From Octopus vulgaris (taxonomy: Eukaryota), in NCBI GenBank assembly GCA_951406725.2, contig OX597820.1, positions 93,744,001 to 93,808,000 of the forward strand: 64,000 nucleotides of DNA. The letters run 5' to 3'. Below are positions 13,663-27,003 of this stretch, piece after piece (the stretch's first letter is position 1; every line of letters starts with the position of its first letter). The notes beneath the pieces are model-generated. The model saw only the letters and a program-made list of their open reading frames with translations. It did not search any database and was not told the origin of the DNA. A program made the translations under genes and the position numbers.

Positions 13663-13843
13663 GTAGGATCTGGTGTATGTATTATTAATGATTATAACTA
13701 ATAAATATAGATATAAACAATGGGGTAGTGATAAAGAGGGGACGGGGAGTGGAGAGAGGGAGAGAGAGAGAGAGAGAGAGAAAGAATAAAATCGCTTGAC
13801 AATCATTGTGTTAGAGATGAAATGAAATGTGTTAGATAGAAAA

Positions 13844-13894
<51 letters not shown>

Positions 13895-15538
13895 TGCACA
13901 CAAACAAAAATATGTATATATATATACATATATATATATATACATATGTTTGTTTATCTACTTATATATGCATATCTGTATGTTTGTCTGTCTGTGCATG
14001 TGAATGTATGCGTGTATGTTTGTGTGTGTGCGTGAGTGTGTGTGTGTGTGTGTGTACTTGGTTGTCTTTCTATGACCACAGATATCAATCGATAAATGAT
14101 CAATGATGGATAGACAGAAGAGTCGCAGGAAGAGTGACGAGAGAGAGAGAGAGAGAGATAGACAGTGAGCGAGAGAGAAAGAGGGAGAGACAGATAGTGG
14201 AAGTCGGAGTAGTGCATTGATATATCCCCAAAAGAATCTGAAAACTGAATTTATGAAAAAAATGAAACATCTTCCATTCATATATCGTTAAGTATGGTGA
14301 AGTCTGTGCTGCGTTGATGAACTTGCAAGGCAAAAGAAGCCAGGAATAATCTCCTGTACTTTTTGGAATAATTAAAATAATATTAGACATCGACTAATAC
14401 TGCTTTTGCTATCGCATAATTCTAATTGACTTTAATACTAATTGCGTTAGTATTAACCACACTATACTTTTCAATGAATGTGTTTGTTTTTAAAAGTGCG
14501 GACAGTCATAAGAAAGTTCTCCATAAGATACTCTCTAGAAACTAGTACTGCAAAATTAATATCACATTTACTCTTTTCTGTCCTATACAGGCCGGGATAA
14601 AAAGCCCATCAATCAACGTTATATTGTCCTTAGAAGAGTTCTTTGTGGAACTTGCATCAAACATTTGCATTAATGAATAGGTTCCCGTTAAGTTCTCAGA
14701 TATTATAAGAGAAGGACATAAGAGGCAACAATAAAATAGTAAGCAGCCTTTTAGCTTTAGAGAAAACGATAAAATGGTAAAACAGGTCAGTTCATCTCAA
14801 ATTCTTTGTAAACTCCTAAATATACCTCCTTATGAACTTTTTAACATTTTCTCAAGATTTTTCCTTGTAAACTGTTTTTAACATTTTCTTATTATTATCA
14901 AAGAACGTATATATGTATTGTAATATTTTGTGACAACCAGTACTTAAACACAACAAAGCTTTTACATTTTACTTTTGACAATCTATTTCTAAAAAAGTGA
15001 AACCGGTCAAGTGAACATCGTTTAAAATTGCATTTTCAAACATTCTTTCATATATATATATATATATACAATAGACGTTATAAATTCCTTCTTTACAAAT
15101 CCTAAACCCACGGAATTATTAGATTGCTACATAACTTAATATAGAAATGAATTCAGAAGTGAAAACAGTTCAAGACAAAAGGTTTTTTTCAGTTTAAACA
15201 ATGGCACTTGCGGTAGCATCATAATCATCGCAGTCATCATCAACAATATTAATGATGGCACTTATGATGATGATGGTGGTGATTATGATGATGTGGAGGA
15301 GGGATTTTTAAAAAATTTACCATGAGAGTAACAACGACAGAATTTACCATACAATAGAATACAACACAATATCAATAGAATGAGATAATGATCGTAGAAA
15401 GGATAGATAAATAGATAGATAAGAAAGAAAGAAAGATAGATAGATAGGTAGATAGATGGATAGATAGATAGTTGTATAAAACAGAAACAAGAAAGAGCAG
15501 TCGATAGGTATCATGTGGTTTAATACACACACACACAC

Positions 15539-15610
<72 letters not shown>

Positions 15611-15710
15611 CAGGGGAACACTGTCCGGCATGCTACTGTTGTTTGATATAGAAAAGGAAAATTACGTAGGTGCTTTATCTTAAAATTCCTGAGAGAAAAA
15701 ATTATTTACG

Positions 15711-15930
15711 GACAGCTGTTTCGAAACCTACAGCTTCGTTATGCAAATAACTATTGTTGCACTTGGCTTTGTTAATGAATCTCTAAGTTGTAATCTCGAG
15801 AAGCCGAGATTTTTGCCAAAGAAAGCGACTTTCATTATCACGCTTCTCGTTAATATAATCTATAAGCTGAAGTATATTCAAGACTTTTTGAAGGTTCAAT
15901 ATGTAAGATTTCATCGTTACTTTGTTGCTA
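15711..15930 (-). mobile_element. Possible Penelope-like element 3' remnant with a degenerate hammerhead motif
   Basis: Minus translation ILHIEPS/KVLNILQ..INEK resembles a GIY-YIG C-terminus; followed by ATAACGA..GAAACAGCTGTC. Confidence 0.4.
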
Positions 15931-16693
15931 TTATCCAAATTTCAGCGACGAAGCTTCCTTTCTTCGTTAGAAGCGAATTCCTTCTTTATAGAAAGAATTT
16001 GAATAATGAAAAATAAGAAGATAGCATATAAGCTTACGTAGGTACGTACATTCCGTAATAATCTTAATTTCTAAAAATAAGCACGAAATTTCACATTTCT
16101 CGGGAAGAAAGACTAAATTGATCGTGAGCGTACATGACTGTTTCATACTTTATCGACTCCCCGGAAGGATGAGAGGAAATATCAATGAAGGAAAGCAAAA
16201 GAGAAACTTAAAATGAATGCTGAAAAATGGAGGGGCGATGGGTGGCAAAATAGGATGAAATATTTGGTTATGTTGCATAACGTCATGAGTTTAAGTGCAA
16301 TGGGAACTTTCACACGCCTAGAATCGATTAAACGATGTACCAATTTTCATTCATTTATTAATTCCGTCTTTCTTTCTTTCTTTTACATAGAAGAAGGAAG
16401 AAAAGCGCCCATGACTCTTATATATACTTTTAGGGCCTCCGGGAATTATAGAAGGAATGGAGGATGTTATCCTCACATCCGAAATATGGTCCAAACTCAA
16501 GAAAAGAACGGATTACGGTAAAGGAACTCAAGGACCAGGCGGTGGAGGTGTTAAATAGGCCGATGGATTAAGTTCAACCGTCAAGAACTCAGAGCATAGA
16601 AGTCGTGATAGCTTCTGTGAGAGAGGGTTTTACTAGCATTTAGCTGGCTTGTTAGTCAACGTTACTCCGTAAGGAGCACAGAACCAGTTTCAC

Positions 16694-16755
<62 letters not shown>

Positions 16756-16759
16756 CTTT

Positions 16760-16930
16760 CTGGACGGGGTGAACGGAACATCAGTTCGTCGCAGGATTAC
16801 TCATTTTGCCAGCTGATTGGACTGAAGCAGCATGAAATGAAGTGTTTTGCTCAAGAACATAACGCACTGCCCGGTCCAGGAATCGAAACCACAATCTTAC
16901 ACGTTCTAACCACTAAGCTATGCACCTCTA
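16760..16930 (-). mobile_element. Family C SINE (head H2, short different tail)
   Basis: gaaatgaagtgttttgctcaagaacataacgcactgcccggtccaggaatcgaaacc matches 35700-35760. Confidence 0.75.
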
Positions 16931-17243
16931 CTGAGTATACTGGATTAACATGAAATAAAATACCTAGCTCAAAAATAAAAAGTAAGTAAGAAATAAGAAA
17001 CACTGTAGAGTTAGTGTAAACATCTATACATTTAAAGTCCTATGGCAGTAATTACAGAAGGCTGTATTTTCTGTGACTTACTAAATTTAATACTTTTAAT
17101 TTTTTTTCCTATCTTTTTTTTTTAAATAAATTCCAAAATAATTTTAAAAAATGAAATCAGAAACGAAATCAGCTTAAAACAACAAAGAATCGAAATGTCA
17201 TGGAATAGGAGGAGGGACAGATGTGATGTACGTGTGTGTGTGT

Positions 17244-17306
<63 letters not shown>

Positions 17307-17423
17307 CGTGTGCGATTGGGGGTCAGAGTTAGAGGAGAAATGGATTGTGAGCGATACAGATGGAAAGAAAGAAGTTTATAAAAAATAGAATAAAAGTCTT
17401 AAAAAAGAAGTGAAGATGAAACA

Positions 17424-17500
<77 letters not shown>

Positions 17501-17593
17501 CAGAGAAATGTCAAGCTTGATAACCTCTAAAAAGTGTGTTAAATATTCACGTGGTTTCAATAGTGTTGTTGGGAAAGATAGATGGATTGATAG

Positions 17594-17634
<41 letters not shown>

Positions 17635-18641
17635 AGTGTTAGGGAAAGAGGGAGAGAGCGTTAGAGTGTAAGAAATTAGGGAAGGAGAAGAGAGTGTGAA
17701 GATCTAGCAAGTTTAATAGATTGATCGATGGAGAGACTGGTGCACAAAGGCAGCAGAATATATATATATATTCGTTATGTGCGACAGTAGTATTAGTTTA
17801 AAATAGCAATCGCTCTATCATATTTAAAGCAACTATATCATTGAAAGTCTAATTAAATGTATTTGCTCTGAGATAGTATCTGTTATGTACGTACAACCTT
17901 AAAAACACAGAAATATACCAGCAGCAGATAAAACTCTGGTGGTGTCATTTCTAAATGTGCATTTCTGCCTTTTTAGGCTTCGTCAGTAATAAGTATCCTA
18001 TGGTAACCACATGCTAACACAAAATCCACCGTTACTGCTGTCATTTATACCTTTAATTGCTGGTATAATGGGCTACTTTGATATATATTTCATGTGGCAA
18101 TTTTAAATAGGCATATTGAGCTCAAACTCCGAAACTAACCAACTAACTTGCATTTTGTGAACAGAATTTGTAGGCGGAACAGTAAAATATGAAAAACTTT
18201 TCTAAAGTTCAACTTAAATAATAATATTTTTTTAAATGAAGACAATTACGATACATCCACACGTGCACGTATTATTGTATATTTAAATGCATACATATAT
18301 ACGCATATACACATATGCATACATATTTATTGCCGCAAACAGAAGAGAGATGAGTGATGAGGAGAGAGAGAGAGATGGGGGGGGGGGGGGGGTTTGGGAA
18401 GAAAAAAGGAGACAATTAAATGAAAAGTTAAATCCATTTGAATATCAAATGAATGAACTAACAAATACTAAAGCCACTTTAAACATGTGACTAGTAATTA
18501 TCTTTCATAATTAAATGGAAATTATTGCTTTGTTTTTCTTTTCAAAGAATCTTTCCCATTGTTGTGAAATATGAAGGAATTTTCCACGCCAATATATACT
18601 TCACACGATATATATATGTGAATGTGTATGTGCGCGTGTGC

Positions 18642-18681
<40 letters not shown>

Positions 18682-18799
18682 TATACACACAGGCACAGAC
18701 ACGCCCACACACATAGGCACACATCACATATACAGATACGTACGCGCGCACACACACGCGAACACACACACACACACACACATGCTAAACTTCATTTTG

Positions 18800-19550
<751 letters not shown>

Positions 19551-19557
19551 TGTGTAT

Positions 19558-19753
19558 CTTTTGTTTTTTACTTGTTTCAGTCATTATACTATGGCCATGC
19601 TGGTGCACCACCTTGAGGAACTTTTAGTTGAATGAATCGACCTCAGTACTTACTTTTTGCTAAGCCTAGTACTTATCCTATCGTTCCCTTTTGCCGAACC
19701 GATAAATTACGGGAACATAAACACACCTACGCCGGTTGTCAAGCGGTACTAGG

Positions 19754-19786
<33 letters not shown>

Positions 19787-19940
19787 TCTACGACGGGCTT
19801 CTTTCGAATCCACTCACAAAGATTTGGTCGGCCTGTGGCTATAGTAGATGACACATGCACAATGTATTACGCAGTGGGACTGAACCCGGAACCATGTGGT
19901 TGGGAAGCAAGTTTCTTATCACAAAGCTATGTCTGTACCT
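19558..19940 (-). mobile_element. Family A SINE, near full length
   Basis: Reverse complement of the 58524 copy (acttgtttcagtcatt..gcagtgggactgaacccggaaccatgtggttgggaagc). Confidence 0.9.
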
Positions 19941-20732
19941 ATTACTGCATTTAAATTTAATAATTTTACCATTCTTTACAAATAAATAAATAAACAAAAA
20001 TTGTGGGTTATTTCGCTTAGCTATAATTAATCACCTGGGATTTTTCTTTCAGGAGTATTAACTTCTGCGACTTCGGATTCGATTGTGTCCTCAGTATTAA
20101 GACGGCGGGTGCATTTTGAGGGAGACTGCGAAGGTTTTACAACGTAGGATACCAAGTAGGGCACGTCGAGCTCTTCTCGTTGTTTCATGGTGATGCGTAG
20201 TATTAGAGATCGCTGATAGATATTCTGTTTAACTGAGTAGCTACTTCAACGAACGCAACAATATGGTGAAGTAACAATAAGTGGTGAGCAGCACATCCTA
20301 ACTATTAATACTTCCGACAACAGCAATTAGGAAATGCCGACGTTCAGAGAGAGAGAGGGGGGGGAGAGGAGAGAGGGAGTGAGAAAGAAGGAGAGGAAGA
20401 GAGTGAGAGAGAGAGATAGGGGGAGGAGAGATGGTGAGAGAAGGAAGGAGAGAGGAGAGGAAGAGAGTGAGAGAGAAAGTGATGAGGGAGAGGAAAGAGA
20501 GATGTCAGCAAAAAGAATGCTTTGGAGCCGTTTAGTTCATGTCAAGTGTTGGGAAGGTTACATTAAAGTGTATCTAATTCTAGGTTAGATTTCATCAATT
20601 CATGCTGGACAAATACAATGGCATTAATAGTTCGTGCGTGTGTGTGTGTGTACCTACACATATACGCACACAGATAGATAGGATAGATGTATACAAAAGC
20701 GCACGTATACCCAAATGTATGTGTGTGTATAT

Positions 20733-20867
20733 GACTGTGTGGTAAGAAGCTTGCTTCCCAACCACCAGGAACCACATGGTTCCTGGTTCACTCCTGCTAT
20801 GTGACAATTTGGGCAGCTGTCTTCTACTATAGCCTCAGGCCAACCAGAGGCTTGTGAGTGGATTTGG

Positions 20868-20870
<3 letters not shown>
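20733..20870 (+). mobile_element. Family A SINE, 5' half
   Basis: ctgtgtggtaagaagcttgcttcccaacc..tgtgagtggatttggta followed by (TA)n. Confidence 0.85.
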
Positions 20871-20916
<46 letters not shown>

Positions 20917-20919
20917 TGT

Positions 20920-21850
20920 AATAGAAGAGTAAAATTTATTAATTAAATTAATTAATTAATCAATTAATTAACAATTTCACCAAGTAGATCGGTACGTTAA
21001 AATAACCCCTTATATATTCCAGGCGCCCCGTACCCCCCTTAACATTTATGTGAGCACATATTCTTAATAATTGGTACGACTCTCTGTTTGTCTCTCTCTC
21101 TCTCATTTTTACTTGATCTATCCCCCTCTCTCTCTTTTCTCTCTACTCATCCTCTTTTTCTCTTCTCTTTCCTCTGATTCTTTGGTCTAGTCTTCCACTA
21201 CCCTCCTATTTCTTTGTCTCGCTCTGCACTCACAGGTCATTCTTCGACACCCATCCCTTCTCCTCTCTGATTCCTTCTTTCTCTCTCTTCTCTCTCTTTG
21301 TTGCGTTTGTCCCTCCTCTCTCTCTCTCTTCCTTTGCTTCTCTTTCTTTTCTTTTCCCTCTTCTCTGTCACGTGACTGTTGGCCGAAATCTGCCTTTCAG
21401 CCTCTGACCCTCGTTCTGTTAACATCGCTGTTTTCGTCCGCCACTATAAAGGCTTTTTCCATTGCGCCAGAGAAAAAATTTGTTTGCTTGTTATCAGTCG
21501 TAAGACACTGTTGTTTTCACCGTTTATGCTTCTGTATTTCATGTTTCTGTATTCCATTATTGTTTTTTGTTTTTTTTTTATATCTGTCCCTTTTGCTGTC
21601 CTGGTGTTCGTATGCATTCGATCCTTCTTCCAGGAAATCTACGCTTCCAGCTTAGTTTTTCTAATGCTCGTTGCTTGGTTTTTCTTGGAGGGCTGGCCGT
21701 GATCTAGTAATCTCAAGATTAATCAGCCGAAATTACTACGATGATCCGGTTCTTGACTGAAGACTGAGGGTTTCGAATGTCCTGTCCGTGTTTATTGTGT
21801 CGTCTTCTAAGAGTTATACGTTCTTGTCCATGTTGTATTTTTCTACATAC
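20920..21850 (+). mobile_element. Putative LTR-like/pseudo-LTR repeat of uncertain class
   Basis: Complex block bounded by TA tracts; GTCACGTGAC at 21367, TATAAAG at 21445, ctgaaga..cgaatgtc at about 21757; no second copy in the window. Confidence 0.3.
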
Positions 21851-22049
21851 CTTAATATATATATATATATATATATACGGACATACACATACATATATAT
21901 GTATATAGAAATTATATACATATATACATGCATAAATGAATTATACAGTTTATGTACACTATACACGCACATATATATGCATGTTTTTATACAGACACAC
22001 ACACACACACACAAACATACATCGAAATACATACACATGTTTGTCTATG

Positions 22050-22638
22050 TACATCATTGCTGAAGGAGGGGTACTGCATATCCGATGTCCACAGAATGCC
22101 ACAACTTTTTTTATGGAGATGGTACCTTTGACAAGAGCAGTGTACACTGCTGGATAAAGAACTCTAAAGAAAACGAAACCAGCGCTGAAGGCGAACCCCA
22201 GAGTAGAGGGCCATCAAGGATGGCCACAGACACGAATGACCCGCAATGACACGAATGACTTGATTCACGTGGACAGATGACCCACAATCATCCGTGAAAT
22301 TGTTGTACGACTGGACAGTGCCTTGTCCAGTTGTCACAATGCATTGCATAAGATGGTGAAAGACTTTGGGTAATAGAAAGTGTGTTGACAGTCGATTCAA
22401 AGGCGAGGTGCAGTGAAAGTCTGCACTGATTTGTTAAAAAATTCTGAAGTCAACGAAGACCACCATGATTTTTCTTTGATCTGTTAACTGTGTATGAAAC
22501 GAGGCCATGTATATATGATGCAGAAACGAAGGTTCAGTCTATAGAATGGCGTAGCATCTGTTCTCCAGCATCATTGAGCGCAGAAAGTCAATGTAACTGT
22601 TCTTTTTGTTAATGGCAAGGAAAATAATCTCCTTGATT
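22050..22638 (+). pseudogene. Highly degenerate mariner transposase (irritans-like)
   Basis: Manual translation FYGDGTFDKSSVHCWIKNSKENETSAEGEPQSRGPS (HTH/linker), LLTVYETRPCIYDAETKVQSIEWRS (like IVTGDETW.Y.PETK.QS.EW) and AQKV..TV. Confidence 0.7.
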
Positions 22639-22639
22639 C

Positions 22640-22778
22640 TAATGAGTTACACATCGATTTACGTCTATGAAACTTCAAGTAACGCGGGGTTGCGTCGATC
22701 TATTTAGAAACAGAATGGCACCCCCCTCCCCCGCACTACAAGAAGTTTCATAGACATAGATCGATATCGAACTCACTG
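22640..22778. mobile_element. Small MITE-like foldback with ~33-bp imperfect TIRs
   Basis: gagttacacatcgatttacgtctatgaaacttc (22644-22676) versus the reverse complement of 22742-22774, gagttcgatatcgatctatgtctatgaaacttc. Confidence 0.7.
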
Positions 22779-22820
22779 GATAAATATAGTAAGTTCAATT
22801 CAAATACATACATACACACA

Positions 22821-22851
<31 letters not shown>

Positions 22852-23265
22852 ATGGTTCAAAGATTTATGAGTTTAACGTAAGATATTCCGTCCAACTGAA
22901 TTGAGTGCTTAATAGTGTCCACAACTCGATGATTACTTGGCAATACGTTCATTCATCTAAAACTAGCTCTACATCTTTAATAAGGAACAGATTTAAACAA
23001 CTCGGAAAACTCATATTAATCACATGCGAAAATACCTACACACTCGCAGAGAGAGAGAGAGGGGGGAGAGAGAGAGAGAGAGGAACAGACATATGGGGAG
23101 GTAACTATCTCATTAAAAGGTTCGTGAAACCATACCATGGTTTCAAATTTATATACTTACACACACAGATACTTACATACATATACGTACGTATATATAT
23201 GAATACTTGTATACATAGGTATTATATATATATGTCGTATACTGTAATATACATATGTGTATATT

Positions 23266-23318
<53 letters not shown>

Positions 23319-23470
23319 TTATATATATGCGTGTGTATATATATATGTGTGTATATATGTGTGTGTATATATGTATATATATGTATATATATATATGTGT
23401 GTGTATATATATGTATATATGTGAATATATATATATATCTATACATATATATATATATAAGTGTGTAAAT

Positions 23471-23522
<52 letters not shown>

Positions 23523-24156
23523 GTAAATGTGATATATTTATAGCCATTCACATATATACATACAAACACGCACATACAACACAGCAATGCAGTGTTTTGA
23601 ATCGTGAGGTTCTAGTATAACAGAGAAGTAGAAATAATATACGCTGAACAAAAGTCTTGTGTGATACCCCACCGCTCGTTCTCACTGTTTCTCTTTACTG
23701 AAATCCGTCAGTCAAGACTTTCACAGGACAAACTAAATACGTATCCCACTTCAAACCTCTCTCAGCAGTTTTAATAACAGAAAGTACATAGGATAATGTA
23801 TATAGGTTTAGTTGTGTAAAAAGAACTCTCAAAACACCTCCGAACATTGGAATGGGTTTAGGTTATAGGTGAGCTCAAAGAGGAAATAACTCGGGGAGAT
23901 AAACATCAACGGGAAGAACGTTTAAAAGAAATTAATCTTGATCATACCTTGTCTCATATCGTGTGTGTTCCGTTTGCCGTCTGACTATAAAACGTGTAGT
24001 TGTTGTTATGGTGACAACGGTAGCAAAACTGATGATAATGGTGGTGGTGGTGATGGTGATGGTGGTGGTGGTGATGATGATGATAAGGATGATGAAAGTA
24101 ACTAGTAAAAAGCGTAGAGATTCTTTGAACGCACTTATCATACATAAATACACATG

Positions 24157-24190
<34 letters not shown>

Positions 24191-24254
24191 GTGTGTGTGT
24201 GTAAATAGAAACTAAAATCCAGAAGAGAGAACTCTACGGCTTGGCTTTAGGATC

Positions 24255-24267
24255 TGACGTCACTTCC
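24255..24267 (-). promoter_or_regulatory. Overlapping ETS-CRE composite motif GGAAGTGACGTCA
   Basis: Exact 13-bp match (tgacgtcacttcc on +) in non-repeat sequence. Confidence 0.4.
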
Positions 24268-25048
24268 TACGCTAATGACCTCTTAGCAATATATCCTCTT
24301 ACATAGAAACATGTACGTAGACACACAGACATCTGCATACGCTCATACACACGCCAATCTCTCACTGTCTTTCAAGAACACACACAAACTCACGCGCGCA
24401 CACATACACACACTCACGTGCGCGCAGACACGGACTTAGTTTTTTCCCCATTATTCATTTACTTATCCTCTTGTTTGAAAGGGTTAGAAAACATGACAGT
24501 CCTGGGAAAGCTAAATTTCCACCAACCTCGCCAACATCACAATCTCCACCTCCTTAACTTTACAATGTTAAACGCGCGCACGCTACACACACACATAGAC
24601 ACATACATACATGCACACACACAAACATTCATATAGAGAACGTTGGATTACTAAACAGACAAAAAAAAAAATTGACAAAACCCGGATAAATTTGTCCCAG
24701 TTTCATTTTCTGTAATTGTAATTTTATCTGCGTCGTATTTTCCTTCGTAATACACTTGGATAAGCAGGGGGAAAATCTAGTAGTAGTAGTAGTAGTAGTA
24801 GTCTTTAGAAGAACCAGAAGTGTTAAAATATAAACCATAAATAAGAACAAAATAGAAGTGAAAAATATGAACGGCGAAGTTCGAATTTCAAGTTTCGTTT
24901 TAACTGACAATGAATATTGAACATTTAAGAAAATGTCAAGCTGTTCTCTCCTTCCATTCCTCTCTTTGTGTCTGCTTCCCATATTCGTTCCGTCTTTTTC
25001 TGCTTTGCGCGCATACATACACGATAGATACATACATACATACATAGT

Positions 25049-25429
25049 GTATGGAAGCACTCCGTCGGTTACGACGACGAGGGTTCCGGTTGATCCCGAA
25101 TCAACGGAACAGCCTGCTCGTGAAATTAACGTGTAAGTGGCTGAGCACTCCACAGACACGTGTACCCTTAACGTAGTTCTCGGGGATATTCAGCATGACA
25201 CAGAGTGACAAGGCCGGCCCTTTGAAATACAGGTACAACAGAAACAGGAAGTAAGAGAAAGTTGTGGTGAAAGAGTACAGCAGGGATCACCACCATCCCC
25301 TGCCGGAGCCTCGTGGAGCTTTAGGTGTTTTCGCTCAATAAACACTCACAACGCCCGGTCTGGGAATCGAAACCGCGATCCTATGACCGCGAGTCCGCAG
25401 CCCTAACCACTGGGCCATTGCGCCTCCAC
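25049..25429 (-). mobile_element. Young tRNA-derived SINE, head H1 + tail T1
   Basis: Head ggaggcgcaatggcccagtggttaggg..ggtttcgattccc (A/B boxes); 11-bp TSD acatacatagt at 25038-25048 and 25430-25440. Confidence 0.92.
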
Positions 25430-25527
25430 ACATACATAGTATTACTTAATCAAAGCGTACAGTATTCAGAAATGGCAGGTATGGCAAAAAATATGGTGAC
25501 TTCTCTCCTTTAGAGAGTGGCTAGGAT

Positions 25528-25738
25528 GAAGGCGCATGGCTCAGTGGTTAGAGCGTTGGGCCCACAATCATGAGCTAGTGAGTTCGATTCCTGGACTGGG
25601 CTGTATGCTGTGTTCTTGAGTATGACACTTTATTTCACGTTGCTCCAGCTCACTCAGCCCGGACTTGTACAGCGGAGGCAAACTTTCTAGATTCAATCCC
25701 ATACTCATTTACGACCAAAGGGAATCTTTACCCTTTCA
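25528..25738 (+). mobile_element. Family C SINE, head H2, internally deleted, tail T3 (tttaccc end)
   Basis: gaaggcgcatggctcagtggttagagcg..gagttcgattcc; 3' end matches the reverse complement of 35470-35550. Confidence 0.85.
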
Positions 25739-25744
25739 GGATGA

Positions 25745-26012
25745 TGTACTCACAGTCATTAGATCGTGGATTCGATTCCCAGACGGAGTGGCGCAACGTG
25801 TTCTTGAATAAGACACTTCATTTCACGTTGTTCTATCCACGCAGCTGTAAAAATGGGGAACCTAGCTACGGATTAACCTTCCGATTGAGGGGAATGTTGG
25901 CCTGCTCACTTAGCCAACCGGATGGCATCATTCGAAAGCTAAAACAATTCAAAGCGCATTGTGCCCAGCGATGTATAACATCCAATAGTCTGGTTGATCA
26001 TGATCACGTGAT
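25745..26012 (+). mobile_element. Family C SINE, degenerate head H2 + tail T2
   Basis: Tail ttggcctgctcacttagcc..gctaaaacaa..gcattgtg..atcacgtgat is shared with 35889 and 58110. Confidence 0.8.
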
Positions 26013-26161
26013 ACATACACATATGCATACATATGCGTATAACATTATTCAATTTTATTTCAAGGTTTCTTGCCAATAGTGAAAGAGCCGGATTCTAACC
26101 TAGATCCAAGACGCCTTCATTGGAATTTCAATAATAATCAACAGGGTATTTTTTGTATGTA

Positions 26162-26826
26162 TTGGATCATCCCATAAATAATGCAGGTTTTCAATTGCGT
26201 GAACTAAAAGTCGGAGGGGGACGGGATAAACTACCTGCATCAACTTGCTATAAAAGCAGATAGTAATTTGACTTTGCACTTATTCTTAGTGCAAGTTTTG
26301 AAGAGTGCAGTTCGATTTTAACAGTCATTTTTTCAAAGCTATAATGGACGGGAAAAAGGAGCATATTTGGCATATTTTGCTTTATGAGTTCAATAAAGGC
26401 AACAATGCAACGGAAATTGCGAGGAATATTAATGCAGTATACGGAGATCAACGATAAACGTAAGCCAGTGTCAACGGTAGTTCCAGAAGTTCCGAGCCAG
26501 AAACTACAGCCTAGAAGACGATCCTCGTTCTGGAAGATCTGTAGAGCTCGGCGAGGACGTCCTGCAAACCCTGGTGGAGCAAAATCCCATCGTAACTTTT
26601 GAGGAACTAGCAGAGAAGCTTGGATTTGGTCATTCAACCAGTCATGGACCTGCGTGCCATCAGAAAAAGTCTTCAAATTGGGTCAATGGGTTCCTCACAA
26701 ACTTTCCGAGTCTAATCGCGCGCAGAGAGTGAATGTGTGCTCTTCTTTGCAGTTCACATCTCACGAATGAACCTTTTTTTGGACCGAATAGTGACTGGTG
26801 ACGAGAAATGGGTTCTCCATAAAAAT
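26162..26826 (+). pseudogene. Mariner transposon 5' part: putative left TIR and disrupted transposase, 3'-truncated
   Basis: TA then ttggatcatcccataaataatgc; ATG at 26344: MDGKKEHIWHILLYEFNKGNNATEIARNINAVYG..SLEDDPRSGRS..GQWVPHKL..FLDRIVTGDEKWV, with frameshifts and stops. Confidence 0.92.
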
Positions 26827-26864
26827 ATTCTTTCAACTATATTAGTGACAAAAAGGGCAATTTT

Positions 26865-27003
26865 AAGGGAGGTGGTACTTATTTTATTGATCCTGAAAGA
26901 ATATAAGGCAAAGTCAAACTCGATGGAATCCGAACTTAGAAAGTAAAGTGCCAGAAGAAACGCCATTAAATATTTCGTCCGACTCTGACGTTTCTAGCAG
27001 CTC
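26865..27003 (-). mobile_element. Family B SINE, degenerate
   Basis: ggtacttattttattgatcctgaaagaatataaggcaaagtcaaactcg. Confidence 0.65.

Noticed and set aside
13018-13929. Longest ORF in the track (303 aa)
   Set aside because: Read-through of TA, CT and CA microsatellites; not protein-like
14200-14270. Strong minus-strand acceptor (ttcagttttcag at about 14238)
   Set aside because: No matching donor or credible reading frame downstream
25350-25600. tRNA-like sequences with A and B boxes
   Set aside because: They are SINE heads continuing into SINE bodies; no complete cloverleaf or terminator
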